From NCBI RefSeq assembly GCF_000315625.1, contig NW_005434600.1, positions 53,910-117,909 on the forward strand: a stretch of 64,000 bases of DNA, given 5' to 3'. Below the pieces are notes generated by a model that worked only from the letters and a program-made list of their open reading frames with translations, ran no database searches and was not told the DNA's origin. The translations under genes were made by a program, and so were the position numbers. The first letter of the stretch is position 1, and each line of letters opens with the position of its first letter. The stretch is from Guillardia theta CCMP2712. Its lineage: Eukaryota > Protista > Cryptophyta. Below, one piece after another: positions 36,758 through 49,439 of this stretch.

Positions 36758-39700
36758 ATGTCAGCACGATTGCAACAGATAGCTAAAGAGTCAGTCCGCA
36801 AGAAAGACGATCGGGGGGAAAATCTTATTATCTCCCTCGATGGAAGAAAGCGCGATGCTCCCTTGAAGGACGAGGATTTTGTTGCGCTTGCCCCCCACAT
36901 CTTTACAGCCGTGAAGGATTTTTGCGTGGCGTTGGCACGGAGCAACAAGATTGCTCACGTTGAGTTTCATGGAGAATGCAACGAGTGCCGAGATAAGGGT
37001 GCTGCTGCAATCTGCGGCATGCTCATCAAGCTGCGGCAGAGGTATGTACTTTCAGTGGGCTTCAGCCGCGTGACACAGGTGCAGCAACCTTGCCGCAGTC
37101 AGAGCGATATTCTTCTGGAAAAATGAGCTCGGTGACGAGGGTGCCAAGAGGTTGATGATCCTTGCTAAACTTATAGGAATGTACTGACTCCAACATGAAG
37201 TGTTGCAGAGTTGGTAGCGAAGTCCACCCTCCCTGGACAAGAAAGGTTTTGGGTTGCGGAGGTGAGTTGATGGAACATGCTCATTGACCTGCATCTCATA
37301 CTTGCCCAGGTTCACTTGTCTCACAACAACATCACTGCTGCCGGGGCATTTTCTCTTTTCGAGGTACTCAGTTCCACAGCCATGTTTGTTTTAATTTGTG
37401 ATGAAGGCTGCGACTGGTTATCCGAGAAGTCTCTACGGTGGGCTGGTTCCCCTGTGGTTGAGGTTGGAGCACAATGCGATTGATATTTCAAAGATAGGAT
37501 CAAGGTAGCCCATGTTTGCTCTCGAACTTGAACTCTTTTCCACATGAACCACTGATCGTATATGTGCTGTAGAATGCCACGATACTGCAGAGCTGAGAAT
37601 CGAGGAGATCGGACTCGAGGTGTGCCAAGGTTTTTCTTGTGCGTTGCATGTGAAATGGAGGTTTTCAGGGCTACAACGAGCGGTTCATGACGGAAACTGT
37701 GGCGTGAGCCAATGCTGCCAAGTAAGGACCGGCTGAGATGGGTGGATTTTTCGTGACTCTATCTCAAGGCGAACATTCCTGCCTTGCACTTGCACTTGTT
37801 CGACAATCAAGATCGGGTACATTCATCATTGGTAGTTGGTTCCTGATAATCGTTCCTAATGCCCTTTCCTTTTCTTTCCAGGCCAAAGTTGAACGAGCGC
37901 GGTCAAACGTTTCACTTTTGAATAGAAGGCCCGCGAGCCAAAGCTCCCCTCCTTCTCAAGTGCGTCTTGTTTTGTTGTGTATCGCATCCTTGTTGACGTT
38001 GCTTTTCAGCTGTCCTCTCAGAAAGGCTACGGTGTTCCTGCAAGGGAGAACTACAACGACACCAATGTTAAAGTACCCCGTCAATCTAGCTTCAGCTCTC
38101 GTTCTTATTGGACTGATTGCAGACGTTTCAAGCCGATGAATTTCCTGCACTCCCTGGTGCTCGAGCAGCTGGTAGCTTGCGTCATCTCTGCCTGCTCTTG
38201 CTTGTTTGGTGTAGGCTGACTACAATGTAGCTTCATCTCCTGCCAACGTCAACGCTCCACCGCAAGTTTCTTCCCCTTCACAGTGAGCGTTTGATTGCTT
38301 GTCATGGCCTACGATTGACATGGTTGCGCAGTGCACTGATTGATTCACGAACCAAAGAAAGCTCGAAGAGTGTTAAGGATTCTGCTGCCATGGAACAGGT
38401 GTTTGCTTCAGCAGAAACACTCCGATTCCTTCGTCCTGATCAGCCCCAGCAGAACCGTGGTCATGCTCGAGAGCAGCAGGCGGAGAAAGATGCGCCGAAC
38501 CACCTGAAGCCTCCTCCCAACGATGGTTTGTCGAATGGAACAAAAACTCAGATCCTCTCTAACCCCGTCAACAACCACCGATGGCCCAACTTGCAAGATG
38601 GTAGACGCACGTCTTGAGCTCTGGTGTCTGACTGACAATCCTTGTTCAAGTTGCCAAAGAAGTCAATGGAGATGGCGGCTCAAGTCAGTCCTCGATCTTG
38701 CCCAGTCCTCCCCTTCCACTCCGTCCCCATCCTCAAGCGCCGGGTGACAGTAGGGATTTTCCCCAGCATCCTCAGTCAAGCAGCATTCCTCCGAATCAGT
38801 CAACTCTGTACAAGCCATTCATGTCGAAGCAGAACTCCCAGCCTCCTGACCATGCGGCCCACGCTATTCAACCGTTACGCGTGCAACCAGATGATACGAC
38901 CCATAGCCTTCAACCGTTGCATGTGCAACCACAACCTTCGCCGGAGCAGCAGAACTTTCTGTATCCGATCAAGGACTCGATTTCAAGTCAGCCCGCGCCG
39001 TCTTCCTTCAGCGAGCTTGCTTCGACTAACCGACCATACAACAACCATCTTCTCCCACCCAACCTCAACGACTTCGAGGGCAGCAACGATTTCTCGTCCC
39101 TTCCAAGCTTCAATCATGACAGCAAGAGCTCTCTAGCCCTCGGAAAAGAACTCGTGCCTGTCGGCAAAGAATGGCTATCTCCCTCTCTCTCGGATACAAA
39201 GTATGTAGACCTCGAGCCTCTGCAGCCTGACCACGCAAGGACGTATGAGGATGAGCAGTTGAAGGACCCCTCTATGTCCTCCTTATCTTCCCAGCTCATG
39301 GATCTTTCGTGGAAGTCGCAACCATCCACCTTCAACGAGCTTGTCAAACCTCACGCGTTCACGCAAGGTGAGAATGTCCATTCTCTCTGTGTATTTCTTG
39401 CATACCTGGCAACCTCAATCTTCTCTACATTTCTTGATACTAGCCTCTGTTTGTATGTTTGCCTCGTTTCTCTCTTTGCTTGTTGTTTTGCTCGGCAGCT
39501 GTTTCTGACGCGGCACTTACGCGTTGGCAGGCCCACAGGACTCTCTCAACCGAAATCTGCAGCAAATCATGCAGGAAATGTCGAGCCATCAGGGCAACGG
39601 GCACGAAAGTTCTAATGTTTCCTTCTCTCATGCTTTCCCCAACAACCTCAACGGCTCTCTCCACTCTTCTCTTCCAGCCTTTCCCTCTTCTGCAATGTCA

Positions 39701-42700
39701 CTTTCTGAAGTAGAGGACAACCTTGCCGCAAGAGGGCAGGTGGAGCAGAGCTCGTTGTCGTGGGAGCCAAACAATGCTGGTGTGACAGTCGAGCAACAAA
39801 GAAAGATGGCTCGCTCTGAAGATCTGAAGAAGTTGCCAGACGCCTGCATGCGCTGGAACCACGAAGGCAGGATGTTCGAGTGTCGTGTTGAGCTGAACAA
39901 GTACAAGCTCGTCAGCTGCAACCTTGCCTGGCCCCTCAACGACTCTGACGTCGTGGAGATCTGGCCGATCTTTGTCTCCATGATGGAGAGAAGAATCATG
40001 CAGTTGGACCCATCCAAGGACTTCATCATCTTTGTGGACGTTTCGTTTGAAGAGAACAACCTCGGAGATCTCGCCGTGATGACTGTCTGCCAAGGGCTCG
40101 GCGAGATCCTCAAGCGCCCGAGGCCCAACGTCTGGCTGCGATCCCTTGACTTCGCCTTCAACTTCGTCTCCGACGTCGGATGCCTCCACATCTCGCAGCT
40201 CATGGACTCCAACCTGCGTACTGGGTCCGACGCGATCAAGCAGTTCCTTGCGGACAAGTCGAAGACCTCTCAAGTCCCTGCTCCCTCCATCACGCTGAGG
40301 CTCTCCTACAACTGCATCTCTTCGTCGGGGGCCAACGTTCTCGCAGAGAAGCTGTGCAGATACAACGCAAAGTTCTCCTCGCAGTCCAAGGGCGCTCCTC
40401 CCTCTGCCCTCAACGCAAAGATGCAGATCGGATACAACAAGATAGACATGCGCATGGTCAGCTCTGCGACCCTCGACCCTCAGAACGAGAAGCGAGACGG
40501 TGAAATCTCCATTTACTTGTGGGTTGGTGATGACAACCCGGCAGACATGGCAGACATTGACTGGGGTTACCACGCCAAACCTCGGCAGTTCATGTCTATA
40601 GACCTTCTCGATACTTTCTTCTTCGAGCTTTGCTTGAAGAGGCTGCACAAGACAAGAACCCCGGCTGATGTTCCCCTTCTCATCGTGCCAGACACGACTT
40701 CCTTCTTGCGTATGATGCAAGGTGAGCCCGAGTGACATCACTTGCGCAGTCTGTCTAAGTGACGAGCGGGTCGTGCAGGCGAGTACGGCAAGCCACCTGA
40801 CCTCAACATCCACTTCTTGCAAGGAGGGCAGGATCACGTGCCGCCGGTGATGATTGTGATGATCGGATCGGTCTACCGATCCCTGTGGCACTTGGTGGAG
40901 AGTCACTCCACGACACAATCGGACCGAGTTGCCATCTTGCACCTTCTTGGAACTTGTTTGAACAAGGTGAAAAGATTGATTGAGTTCATTCGAAAGATCA
41001 TTCAAGTCATCACCTGTGCTGTTGTGTGAACGTAATATCGTGTCATGTTATGTTCACATATTTGCCATGCTACATGAAATGACATCTGATCTCATCTGAT
41101 CTCATCTCATCATATGATCTCATCATCTCATTCTCACCACACAAGATGGATCATGACATAACATGCCGTGTCATGATTTCTGCCTCATCTTGGTTCCTGA
41201 CATCTCTCCAGGCTCACGATGCAAGCAAGATTCTCTTGCTAGAGACTGACAGCAACTTTCATTCAACCCAAAAGCAGTTTGAGGTGGAGAGAATTTTCGG
41301 GTTGTGCTCCTGAACTCCTTACACTGCTGCAGGAGATGTCGAACGTGTCGCACTGGAAGTCTTCTCCCTCCATTGTGAGGAGCGAATCGTGCATAAACTT
41401 CATGTGTTGACCTTACGTTTGAAGGCCACGATTTTGGAATCTTTGGACACTATGAACACATCTTGCAGGTATGATGAGAGGAGAGGAGAGGAGGAGAGGA
41501 GAGGAGAGGAGAGGAAAGGAGAGGAGAGGAGAGGAGAGGAGAGGAGAGGAGAGGAGAGGAGAGGAGAGGAGAGGAGAGGAGAGGAGAGGAGATATGGTAT
41601 GAATCGTGTAAGAGTATGATATGGGCGTTCTCTGATGTGGAATTTCTTGATTTGTGTGTGGCAAGTATACGACAAGGACTGACCTGATCGCACGGACAGA
41701 CAAGCTCTCAGCAAGTTCTACTTCTCTACAGAGCAGGCAGCAAGAGCATCGCCAGTCATTTTCCTTTCCGAAAGCTCCAAGATGAGATCATCGGCTCTTG
41801 TAAGCGATGAAACTCAGCAGTCATCTCTCCCTTTCTTCTTGTCTTTTTCACTTCCTCCTTCTGCTTCGAACCTGCCTCCCCGTCCTCACACCCTCCCTCC
41901 TCTCCTGATCAAGATCCAAGATCCATTGGTTCTTCCCTCCTCCCTCCTTCCCTCCTTCCCAACCTCTCTCCCTCCTCCCTCTTCCCCCTCCTTCCTCCCC
42001 CTTGTTCCTGTGCCTGCCATTCATTTGTCTTCAAAGCTCTCACCAGCTTGCTTACATAAAATCAGGCTCTTGGTGTACCTGCTTTGGAATTTTCCGTCAT
42101 TCAGGATATGAAAACGTTTGCTGCAAAGCAGATCAGGGAGGTAAGACAATACAAGGATAGGAACGAAGAAGCAGGAGAGTGGGAGAGCGATGGAGAAGAG
42201 GGGAGGGAATGCGAGCGGGGTGGGAAGGATGGACAAGAGGAAGAAATAGGGTGAAGGAGCAGGTGGCTGAGGTGTAGGGGAAGAGCAGAGCAGAGTAGGG
42301 AATGGAGTGGAAGGAAGGGAAAGAAACGAAACGAAAGGGGAATGGAAGGGAAGGGTTGGGGAAGACAGGGAAGGGGAAGAGAATGGAGAGGAGCTGAAGA
42401 GAGGAAAGCTATGAGGAGGTATCAAGCTTTGGATGTAGTGATTGCTCTCATGAATTTGCCTCACATATTTTCTCTTCTCATCCTCCTGCAGGAGGCCTGG
42501 AAGTCACACGGCGATCATGCTACATCCTCTGTACCGTCTGTAGCGCTTCCTCCCTCACAGGTTTTCCTCTCCTCCTCTTCTCTCCTCCTCTTCTTCTCTT
42601 CTTCTTCTCTTCTTCTTCTCTTCTCCTCTTTTTCTCCTCCCCTTCTCCCTATATGTTGAGCCCCCCCTCCATCTCTATGTCCTCCTCTTCCTATCCCTGC

Positions 42701-43020
42701 TCCTCTTTCCCCTTCCTCTACTCCTTTTCTTTGTACACGTCCTTGCCTCCGTCTTCCTCCTCTCATCGCTTCTCTACTCTCCGTTTCCTCCCGCTCTCCT
42801 CGCAAGTGATCTCCTTCCAGCATCTCAGTGTCGCCGAGTCCTTATTCGAACGGCTCCGTGATGCCTCGATGGGCAAGGCTCCTAGTCAGGTAGGAAGAAA
42901 GTGAGGGAGGCTTTTTCTTCTTCTTCTTCTTCTTCTTCTTCTTCTTGTGCTGCTGCTGCTGCTTCTGCTGCTATTGATGGAGATGGAGATGGAGATGGAG
43001 ATGGAGATCTTGGTGGTGGC

Positions 43021-43056
<36 letters not shown>

Positions 43057-43196
43057 CAAGATGATGTGGGCAATATGGGAGGTGGAAGGTCTGTGAAAGC
43101 GAAGAGGCTTGACCTCAGAGTTCGCAGGAGGAAATGCAGCATGCTCAATCGATGCTTTCCCGGGCAAGAACAGGGTCGAGGCTTTTGTTCGGATGA
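36758..43196 (+). CDS. Multi-exon protein: RNI-like LRR - low-complexity linker - RNI-like LRR - degenerate PIN-like domain
   Basis: LRR1: NECRDKGAAAI, KNELGDEGAK, VHLSHNNITAAGAFSLF, PLWLRLEHNAI. LRR2: VSFEENNLGDLA, LDFAFNFVSDVG, LRLSYNCISSSGANVLA. PIN-like: LIVPDTTSFL, IVMIGSVYRSL, YEHIL, VIFLSESSKMRSSAL|ALGVPA. 3' end approximate. Confidence 0.65.
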
Positions 43197-43580
43197 GGAG
43201 ACATGGGGTGGGAGTTTTAGGTAGCAGGACGCCAGTCCTACCATATGACAACTTACCGGATGAGATTGCTCGAACCTCTTTCATGTCAAGAAAAATACGT
43301 CACAGAAGATTCAAATCGGATCGGGAGGAGGAGAGGGAGCGTTGGAATTCTCCTCCTCTCTGCTGTAAGGGGAGATGAAAGTAGGTAGGGACGAGATAGT
43401 TGGCTGGGTGAAAATCCTTGAGGGAGGGAGGGAGGGAGGGAGGGAGGGAGGGAGGGAGGGAGGGAGGGAGGGAGGGAGGGAGAGGAGGGGAGGAAAGGCA
43501 GAAACGACAAGGGAAGGAGAAGGAACGTGGAGGAGGGGAGGAACGAGAGGAGGAGGGTAGTGGAGGGGAAGTCAAATAGC

Positions 43581-46185
43581 TCAGGGGGTCCGAGGCTCCT
43601 GCGGCGGCTTGCCCGGGTTCTGCTTACCATTTTGCTGGGCATCACTTCGGAGGGTGCGGCGGAGGATTTCAAGGGAGGACCTGGCGCGGACGGGGACGTC
43701 GAGAGAAGCAGCACGGCGGGTGACCCCCTGCCTTCCCTCCTCCTCGTCGAAGTAGTGGAAGACTCGACTGAAGAACTGGTCCGTCTCAACAAGCTCATGC
43801 GCCTGGATCTGCTTGCCAGTTTCCTCCCGCGTGCTCGAGGGATCCCAGATCGAGTTCCATGCAAGGCCAACCAGGGCCAACAGCCCTCGGCCCCTGCCCC
43901 TGCTCGCGCTCCTGCCCCTGCCAACGTCCTCCTCCATGTGGAAGTGCGAAGAAGAGTCCAGATCGGAGGACTTGGCGCGTCGCACCCGCAAAGTTCTCTC
44001 CCCAGCTGCCTCTCCTGCCGAGTGTATGGACGGGTCAGAAACCCACTGCTGCGCCACGTCCTCTAGCTTGACCGGCTCCTCCTGCTGGAGCCGCGCTGGA
44101 GTCTGCATGCCCTGTAGGGGTCTCGAGACTGGGGAGAGGGGCATTTCTACGTCTCCCTCCTGCTCCTCCAGGGTGTCTAGACTGCTCGACATGGTGCGAC
44201 GGGGGGCCATGCCGGCATGCCGGGGATAGTCAAGGCTCTTGATCCCATCCTTCCTCGGGATAGGAGGCTGCTCGTCGCCGCTGCTGCTCCTCTCCTCCTG
44301 GGCGGCCAGCCAGAGGTTTCGCTCCATCTCAAAGCTCTCTGTGTCCCTCCCCTCGATCCCCTCCTCTCCTCCCTCCTCCCCTTCACTCGGCATCCTCCGC
44401 TTGCTGAAGGCGGTAGGAGAGGAGAAACGGCTGAAGCTGAAGCGCGAGAGCACTCCCAGCTCCTCCTGGCGGGGCAGGTCGATACTCTCCGCCCTCACCT
44501 CATCCGGCCCGTCTGCTATCGGGTGGGCGCTGTAGAGGGGAAGGAGGTCCACAACATCCTCCCCAGCCTCCATCTTCGCGATGATCAGCTGACGTCGGAG
44601 CCTCGTGTGCTTGAAGTTGAGGACCATGTCAGTGTGGGTAGGGAGCGCCCTGTGCTTGCCCAGCAGCATCGCCCCCATGATGATGAGCTTTCCCAGCGTC
44701 GACATGGCTCCAGACAGGCTGTACGTCCTGCCTGCAATTCCAAACGAGAGCCCGACGTTTCCGTAGGCTGAGATGAGCTCGAAGAGGAGGGGGAAAGGCG
44801 AGAGGACGGCGCCTTCCAGCGCGACACCCTTATCATGGATGAAGCAGAGGATGAGGAAGCCTGAGACCAGAAAGGAGAGGTGCCTGAACAGGTACATCGC
44901 ATGGAACCTCCTCTTGGCATCGTCGACTGTGCGCAGCGTCGGCTTCCAGTGTCCGTCCTCGTCCAGGGTCTGCTCTGAGATGTACATCCTGCTGACGAAG
45001 GGCGCAGCGGAGAGGTACATGAGAAAGATATACATGGCGGGCATGCCCTGGTTCAGGTTGTTGAGGTCGTAGATCTGCAGACCTGCCGATCTCGTGGAGA
45101 TGGTCTGAAAGAAGCCTGCTCCAGCGATGACGTGCGTGCCATAGGAGGCGTCAAGATCCTTCCGGGGGAGCGAGGAGGAGAGGAAAGCAGCGTACTGGAT
45201 GATGTTGATGCCGAGGAGGATCAGGATCAGCACCCGGGTCTGCGTCTTGTCCAGCAGGTGTGTCGTCATCTAAAGGAGCAAGTCACATAACAGCACAAAC
45301 CCACAACCCAGCAACGCAACGACGACTTGTACCGTCCTCTTCTGCTCATACCTGACGAGGATGGTCAAGCGCGTAAGCTATCGCGTTCCTGTCCAGGTAG
45401 AGCCTGTTCGCAAACTTGTGGAAAAGCCTCAGCAGACCTCTGAGCATAACAGGGAACAGGTTGTTTCCAGCAAGGATCAGAAACGCCAGCCACAGGTAGG
45501 AGAGAGGCCAGTTGCGAAGCCCGTGAACGGAGTCAGAGGTCAGGGAGAGGCCGCAGTTGCAGAAGGCGCTAGAGACCATGAAGGCAGCGTACCAGATGTT
45601 GCTGAAGCCTCGCTGCCGGAGCTCCTCGAGCCGAGGGAACGCGCTGATGATCCATAGGAAGATCCAGATGCCTCCGAAGAGGAAGACGAAGAGGTAGAAG
45701 ATAATGACCAGCGCAACCATTCGTACTCCTCTGATCTGAGCACGACGCTCGCTGATCAGGTGGATCAGCTTCTGCGCCTCCGGCTTGTCGTTGGACTCGT
45801 TGGTTGCCAGAAACTCCATCAAGCTCGGCTCGAGGCTGTGGAAAGCATGGATCCTGTAGATCATGGGGGGCAGGAGGAGAAAAACAATCCCTCCAAGGTT
45901 CATCAGGATGTAGAGCATAGCAAAGGTGGCACTTGAGATGTGCTGGGACCCAACTGTCGACAACCCTGAGCTTGTGTATGCTGAGACTGAGAGGAAGAGA
46001 CAGTCAATGTACGGCAGCTTGTCAACAGCATAGATGATGATCGAGAACAGAAAGACCAGAAACAGGCAGTAGCACCAAACTGCTCGGTAGTAATTGAACT
46101 GTAGCATCTTCTGCTTTTCAGCCACCATCCTGTACGACGAGCGCGGCTGAACCTTGGGAGACTGGAAAATCTCGTCGCTCTGCAT
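43581..46185 (-). CDS. Trk/Ktr/HKT family cation (K+) transporter
   Basis: Four pore-loop motifs: SAYTSSGL, SAFCNCGL, STRSAGL, SAYGNVGL. HPRQ|MTTHLL junction across the intron at 45270-45351. Long hydrophilic C-terminal tail. Confidence 0.92.
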
Positions 46186-46665
46186 GATTGACGGATATGA
46201 GACAAACGAGCTATGTAGTTTCTAAAGTTATCGGGGAAATCCACTGCAAGATCCGAGATGTTTTGGATAAGGCCACATGAAAAGTATCCTTGAAGTACAA
46301 TCGCAGTTGAGCTAAGTCGTACTTGATGCTGTCAACACAGCTTGCACCAATCAGCTACCATGGTTGAGAGGCATGATCCTGACACGATCTGGCAAGAAGC
46401 AGCAAGTCAGCGCAAGGTCTCGACGCATGATAGATGTTACACAGCACTCGGGCGTGTGCTCGCTGAAAAAGCAATCTACATCTGACCTCTTGATGATAAA
46501 CTACTTCTTTAATCTACTTCTGACCTCCTCAAGCTTACGGATAAAAGCAACATCTTGAGGAAGGAAGAAGGTTATGAGGTGGACAAGGAAAGCGATGCGT
46601 GTTGCAAGGAAGACGTGCTCGAGGAGGGGGCGAGAGGAAGAAGTGGAAAACGAGGCTGAATGAGA

Positions 46666-46783
46666 GAGCGAGGAGGGCGAGGAGAGCGAGGAGAGCGAGG
46701 AGGGCGAGGAGGGCGAGGAGGGCGAGGAGAGCGAGGAGGGCGAGGAGAGCGAGGAGGGCGAGGAGAGCGAGGAGGGCGAGGAG
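46666..46783. repeat. 9-bp minisatellite GAGGAG(A/G)GC
   Basis: About 13 tandem units of two variants, upstream of the Trk gene. Confidence 0.9.
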
Positions 46784-47787
46784 GTCTTCGGGACGAAGAG
46801 TTTGAGTACAGCGGTCAATCGGAAACTTTCGAACTGCTGATCGGAGCTATCGGAGTTCAAAAATATCCACTACCCCATTGATCCATGCTGTCCCCAAACA
46901 TTTTCTGTTCTTACACTACTTCCACTCGTGTTGTGTACCTTTCTTCCTTACAGCAACATCAGACGCGTCCCTCATTCCATTCATCGAATCTGTCACCGTA
47001 TGCCATCTTACTTCCCGCGGATGTCAACCAGCGTCCTATCCTCCTTCACTAGCGTCCTATCCTCCTTCACTCGTCAAGCTAACTTCTGCTCCTGCTCATC
47101 CTGCTCCTCCTCCACCTTCCTACACCCTCCTCCATCTTCTGCGCCTGTTCTTGCCGGCGCATGCTGTCTTTGCTCTTGCTGAATCCTCATTGCATCCCCT
47201 CAAGATTGCTGGAGGGGTTATCGCCCCGGGGGCTGCTCTGACTACCCCGAAAGTCACAGTTAAAGTACCCGGTACTTTCAGTCTAGAAGGGGTGGTATTT
47301 ATCCGGGGTAGTGGAGCAGTCCTCCAAACAAGGGTTGGTTATCATCGATTCAGGGTGGGTGGGGGGTATCTCTGTCTATCGAGGGAGGGGTATAATTATG
47401 GTCTTTTTAGGCTATTAATGCATGGTAGGGTCATGAATTTTGGATCTCCAGTGATTCGAAGACAGGGGTAGGGTGGACATCAAGAATCTGCAAGGGTCAA
47501 TATAAAACTTAGTGACGTTTTTCGCTTGTTCCCCTGCTTGGGTTGGAGTAGCGGTTTTCGCTGCCTTCTTCCGTTTGCTACTATTATGTTGAGGCGGGTT
47601 TGTCGGGCTAGTCCTCGTTCTCGGTTTGCCTTTTGCTTTTCAGTCAATAAATGAGAGTTTTTTCCCTTCATGTCGCGCGATAGGAGCAAGAGGCTCCACA
47701 TTGAAACAGCATAACAAAGAGCAGTAGCAAGAGAAACGAAGAAGCGTCACAAGGCCAAACAAAGTGAAGGCAAAGCAGGATAGGATG

Positions 47788-47890
47788 CGCAGTGAGGAGC
47801 AAGCGGGCGGTCAGGAGTCTCACGTCCTCGCAAGTAATCTCGCTGTCCACCCTCAAGCGGCCGTCTCAGTACCGTCAGCTCGGCATCAGG
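47788..47890 (+). pseudogene. RWP-RK gene remnant (intron 3' end plus start of exon 2)
   Basis: Near-identical to the reverse complement of ~48515-48610, but with the acceptor changed (CAG|GGG to CAAGTA), short insertions, and truncation before RWP. Confidence 0.85.
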
Positions 47891-48000
47891 ACAATCTTCT
47901 TTCAGTTTGCTGATCAGTCTCTTTGCCGCAACTTGTAATTTTGAACCATTTGATCTCATCCTTCTACAGTTCCAGTACCAGCATCAGTCACTGGAGAACG

Positions 48001-48043
48001 TTCTTTACTAAAAGTTAAGTTAAAAATCAGTACGAGGACAATC
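48001..48043 (+). repeat. Dispersed ~43-bp element, copy 2
   Basis: TTCTTTACTAAAAGTTAAGTTAAAAATCAGTACGAGGACAATC. Confidence 0.9.
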
Positions 48044-48178
48044 AGGAGAGTCGAGAGGCTTGACCCTGACACTGTCGCACAGGCCAAACGGCGAGAAGAG
48101 AAAAGACAGCGAGAACCGTCAACCCTCATCCACTGCAAGACGATCCAGTACCAGTATCAGTACTGGAGGACGACCTCC

Positions 48179-48898
48179 TCATGCATCCTCCTGCCATAGC
48201 TGTCTTCCTCCCCCCGACCCTCTCCAGATCACCTCGTCCTCGTCCCTCGACCGGATGTACCAGGCGACCCACGCCTCGCTCAGCCAGTCTCCGTGTCCGC
48301 GGCGCTGATCCGCGCTGTGTACAAGCTGTGGATCTGTAGCCTCCTGCTCGTCGTCGGCCTCGTCGTCTTCCTCGTCGTCGGCCTCCTCGTCATCCTCGTC
48401 TGCATCCTCCTCCTTCTTGGCTTGGCAGGCGACGGACTGATGCAGCTGTGCCGCCTGCTGCACCTCCCGCGCGTGCTCATGCGGCCGGTAGCCCTGGCGG
48501 GTGTAGGGCCAGCGCCTGATGCCGAGCTGACGGCAGACGGCCTTGAGGGTGGACAGCGAGATCCCCTGCGAGGACGTGAGACTCCTGACCGCCCGCTTGC
48601 TCCCCACTGCCTCTCTCCTCCAGCCTTGTCCTCTCTATGTATGTATGCAGGTGTATTTGTGTCTAGGCCATGCTTGACTATCTTTGTGTGAGCTAGTCAA
48701 CCCCTTCTGACTTGCTACCTCCTCTTCTTGTTTGTATCGCTAGGGGCAGGTTACCAGGGCAGCGGCGGCGTCGTCTTGGCGGAGGTGGAAGAGGCGGGCG
48801 ACCTGAGGGAGAGTGAAGGAGACGCGGTAGGGGCGGGGACGACGACTACGGCAAAAGCGGCGGGGAAAGGGAGAGCAGGGGGGGGAGAGAGAGGGCAT
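48179..48898 (-). CDS. RWP-RK domain transcription factor, copy A
   Basis: Exon 1 48898-48755, intron 48754-48566 (GT-AG), exon 2 48565-48179; FTLPQVARLFHLRQDDAAAAL|GISLSTLKAVCRQLGIRRWPYTR. Confidence 0.92.
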
Positions 48899-49114
48899 GG
48901 AAGGTTCTTGCGAGCAAGTGAGAGACTGCAGGATCAGGAGACAGGAAGGGGTGCTCAGCGACTGGGAGGATGCTGAAAAGGAGTGCTTTCAGCAGGACTA
49001 AAAAAAAAACATAACTAAGGAGTAAGCTCGGCCGAGAGATATGACTAGGTAGTATCGTGACCTCAAACCGGCGCTGCTGAAACACAGCAACATTGATCGC
49101 GGTATAGGCCTCGA

Positions 49115-49330
49115 GGGGACGACGACTACGACGAAAGCGAGGAGCCTCCGGGACTGGGGGAAAAAGAGACAAAGGAGCAAACTGGCCCCTGAGACAAGAT
49201 TGCCGCGACTGCGGGATGGAAAAGGAGTGTCTTCAAGAGGACTGCGATAGAAAAAAAGAGATAAAACTAGGCCGTATCATGACCTCAAACAACGTTGACG
49301 TGATGCTACACAGCAAAACGTGATCGCATC
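49115..49330 (-). pseudogene. Diverged tandem duplicate of the RWP-RK copy A 5' end and promoter
   Basis: GGGGACGACGACTACG at 48835 and 49115; AAAAGGAGTG..GGACT, GTATC.TGACCTCAAAC and ACACAGCAA..TGATCGC repeated in the same order. Confidence 0.7.
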
Positions 49331-49439
49331 ACGGGGAGGTGTCAGCATTGCCTAGCAATTCGTCCCCCTGTCATGCCAACGCCCCCCTACGCCTGCTTCA
49401 TACTCCACACCCCCCCCTCCCCTGCCGAGCGTCCTCGCC

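Noticed and set aside
46666-46783. 9-bp repeat as a CRISPR-like or coding (EEG/EES) array
   Set aside because: No spacers, eukaryotic context, and a stop immediately precedes the acidic frame
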